In this document: positions 61,844-64,000 of the stretch, piece by piece | How positions within the stretch are numbered: position 1 is the stretch's first letter | How the letters are laid out: every line of letters starts with the position of its first letter | From: the human T2T-CHM13v2.0 reference genome, Homo sapiens | Assembly: GCF_009914755.1 (NCBI RefSeq) | Contig: NC_060935.1 | DNA: 64,000 nt | Reading direction: 5' to 3' (one strand) | Notes under the pieces: generated by a model | What the model was told of the DNA's origin: nothing | The model's input: only the letters and a program-made list of their open reading frames with translations | The model's database searches: none | Program-made: the position numbers and the translations under genes

Positions 61844-62939
61844 ATTTTCTTAAATATCTAATAAAAAATATATAGCAAATGCAGTTTGTAAACTACGACA
61901 ATATGACCACGCAAAAGATTATTATCTTCCAAGACTGCTGGTCCAAGGAAAGGTCAGTAATAAAGTGGAAGCATTGTAGCTTATGGAATGACTGGTTAGA
62001 TTTGGGAGAAGCCTTAGCAATAATCTAGAATCTGCATAGATAATACATCTGAGGATTGGGCTTTGTGGTTTACAAAGCATTTTTTTTCCTCTTTTGATCC
62101 CAGCCGCTTGTCTGGACTGATACAAAGCATTTTTATTAGTTTGTCTTATTCAATCCTCACACCACCTCAAATTTACAGAGGATATGGATCTGGTTAACTT
62201 GTATGACTATGTAACCTCATGTCAGTCCACAGCACTGCCTGGAGGTGGGTAGAGGTGGTCCTGGGCTGGAATCCCAGCCCCAGTGGGACCTTGAGCAAGT
62301 TACTTTAGCTGTCTGCACCTAAATTTCCTCACTGGCAAAACAGGAATACTGGTGGTTCACACCTGCAATTCCAGCACTTTGGGAGGCTGAGGTGGGAGGA
62401 TTGCTTGAGTCCAGAAGTTCAAAACCAGACTGGGCAACATAGCAAGACCATCTCTACAAAAATTAAATAAATAAAACATTTACAAGGGTTGTGGTGAAGA
62501 TTAAATGAGATCACTCACGAAAAAGCTCAGCAGACCCTGATGTGCAGTAGGTGCTCAATAAATGTTAGCCAGCAAAAAACAAACAAAAAAAAACTCAGCT
62601 AGGAAATTGCAGTACTGGGCTTCTGACTCCAACCTCAGTGTTCCTTGCCCCACATCAAGCTGTTTCACTTCAAATCCTCTCCATTTCACAATGGAGTCAC
62701 CCCAGGTTGAAGGAGTGAACTGTGCTTTGGAGGGCTGCCCTAAGCAGGCAGCAAAGAGACAGCTTGGTCTCCAGTGACCTGAAAGAATTATTTATTGCCC
62801 TGAAGTCCAGTATACCAGTTGCCAAAGGGAAAAGCTTCCTTCCAACTGGCTCAGCAAGCTGACAGAGGAAGAGTCGGGTTCTTGCTGGGGCAGTCATGCA
62901 GAGCTGGGATGACAAGCAGAAGGCTGGCAGATCTGTCTC

Positions 62940-63092
62940 TGGGCAGATGGATCACCTGATACAGATGCTGGGGCCTGAGCCCTGGGATTGGCCCAAAACA
63001 GGGCTGTGTTGACCCAACAGCTGGGCATTGGCATCCTGTCAATCTGCCGAGAGCCTAGAAATAGTGCGGGGGCAGTCTGCTGGTCTCATTGT
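62940..63092 (+). promoter_or_regulatory. THRSP proximal promoter
   Basis: SRE/E-box ATCACCTGAT 62951-62960, inverted CCAAT (ATTGG) 62987-62991, NF1-type TTGGC-N5-GTCAA 63028-63042, TATA variant TAGAAAT 63056-63062 and Inr TCATT with A at 63088. Order and spacing match the rat S14 promoter as I recall it. Confidence 0.8.
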
Positions 63093-63108
63093 GTCAGAGG
63101 AAGCAACC

Positions 63109-63549
63109 ATGCAGGTGCTAACCAAGCGTTACCCCAAGAACTGCCTGCTGACCGTCATGGACCGGTATGCAGCCGAGGTGCACAACATGGAGCAGGTGGT
63201 GATGATCCCCAGCCTTCTGCGGGACGTGCAGCTGAGTGGGCCTGGGGGCCAGGCCCAGGCTGAGGCCCCTGATCTCTACACCTACTTCACCATGCTCAAG
63301 GCCATCTGTGTGGATGTGGACCATGGGCTGCTGCCGCGGGAGGAGTGGCAGGCCAAGGTGGCAGGCAGCGAAGAGAATGGAACCGCAGAGACAGAGGAAG
63401 TCGAGGACGAGAGTGCCTCAGGAGAGCTGGACCTGGAAGCCCAGTTCCACCTGCACTTCTCCAGCCTCCATCACATCCTCATGCACCTCACCGAGAAAGC
63501 CCAGGAGGTGACAAGGAAATACCAGGAAATGACGGGACAAGTTTGGTAG
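63109..63549 (+). CDS. THRSP: Thyroid hormone-responsive protein Spot 14 (146 aa), whole CDS in exon 1
   Basis: MQVLTKRYPKNCLLTVMDRYAAEVHNMEQVVMIPSLLRDV...LEAQFHLHFSSLHHILMHLTEKAQEVTRKYQEMTGQVW is Spot14/MID1IP1 family. Kozak-like context gcaaccATG. Confidence 0.98.
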   Translation: MQVLTKRYPKNCLLTVMDRYAAEVHNMEQVVMIPSLLRDVQLSGPGGQAQAEAPDLYTYFTMLKAICVDVDHGLLPREEWQAKVAGSEENGTAETEEVEDESASGELDLEAQFHLHFSSLHHILMHLTEKAQEVTRKYQEMTGQVW

Positions 63550-63568
63550 ACCTTGGACACTAGGGAAG

Positions 63569-64000
63569 GTAATGGTGGCCATGCTGGTGGGTGTGAGTCT
63601 ACAAAGGGACATTCCAGGAGAGGAGAGGGGGCAGTGGTGCAACCCAGTGGGAGAGGAACAGCCTGACTTTCAGACAGAGCCACTCTTGGGTCAGGGTATT
63701 GGGACCACAACCTAGGAGGGCCTAAGACTAGGCCTGTGTTACTATCCTTCTGACCTCAAATTGGCAATTGCAATGAAGTGATATGGAAACAGAGGGAAAA
63801 GTGGCCTGTGAGGGCATATCTCATATGCACATATATGTGTTTGTGCACGTGTGCATTTATTAGTATGTGAATGCTTGTAAATGTGTGAATTGAATGAGTG
63901 TGTTCTCATCAGTGACTTTGTTAAGAATTTAATTGAAGAGGGGCCGGGCACGGTGGCTCACACCAAAGCACTTTGGGAGGCCGAGGCGGGCGGATCATGA
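63569..64000 (+). other. THRSP: THRSP intron 1 (within the 3' UTR), continues past the window
   Basis: Donor AAG|GTAATG at 63568/63569, 19 nt after the stop codon. Confidence 0.75.

Noticed and set aside
63028-63108. 27-aa N-terminal extension of THRSP in the ORF track (173 aa)
   Set aside because: It starts at a TTG inside the NF1 promoter site, upstream of the TATA and Inr. The ATG at 63109 gives the 146-aa protein.

Overview
Primate (almost certainly human) genomic DNA from the 11q14.1 KCTD14-THRSP interval, identified from protein sequences I recognise. KCTD14 lies on the minus strand: coding exon 1 at 22397-22486, coding exon 2 at 15835-16512, 255 aa, poly(A) signal at about 14971. Two further minus-strand exons (37898-37992 and one ending at 45294) fit a distal KCTD14 promoter and the known NDUFC2-KCTD14 read-through. 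THRSP (Spot 14, 146 aa) lies on the plus strand at 63109-63549, with a recognisable proximal promoter (SRE, inverted CCAAT, NF1, TAGAAAT). Candidate distal elements are a DR4 and two ChoRE-like motifs. Most of the rest is interspersed repeat: roughly 100 Alus by eye, a deleted Tigger1, and many LTRs (MLT1, THE1B, MLT2A1, MER67, MER4, HERV-W LTR17, LTR8, MER50, MER51), several nested. Nearly all other entries in the ORF track are Alu, LTR or low-complexity artefacts. I found no evidence of a wholly new biological system. The most interesting observations are a dual-frame exon, an LTR-donated poly(A) site, DUX4-motif LTRs flanking KCTD14, an ERV1-LTR cluster around a CTCF-containing distal promoter, candidate human THRSP ChoREs, and several repair or template-switch scars. 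Repeat subfamily names come from recalled consensus sequences, not a search, and repeat boundaries are approximate unless a target-site duplication (TSD) is quoted.
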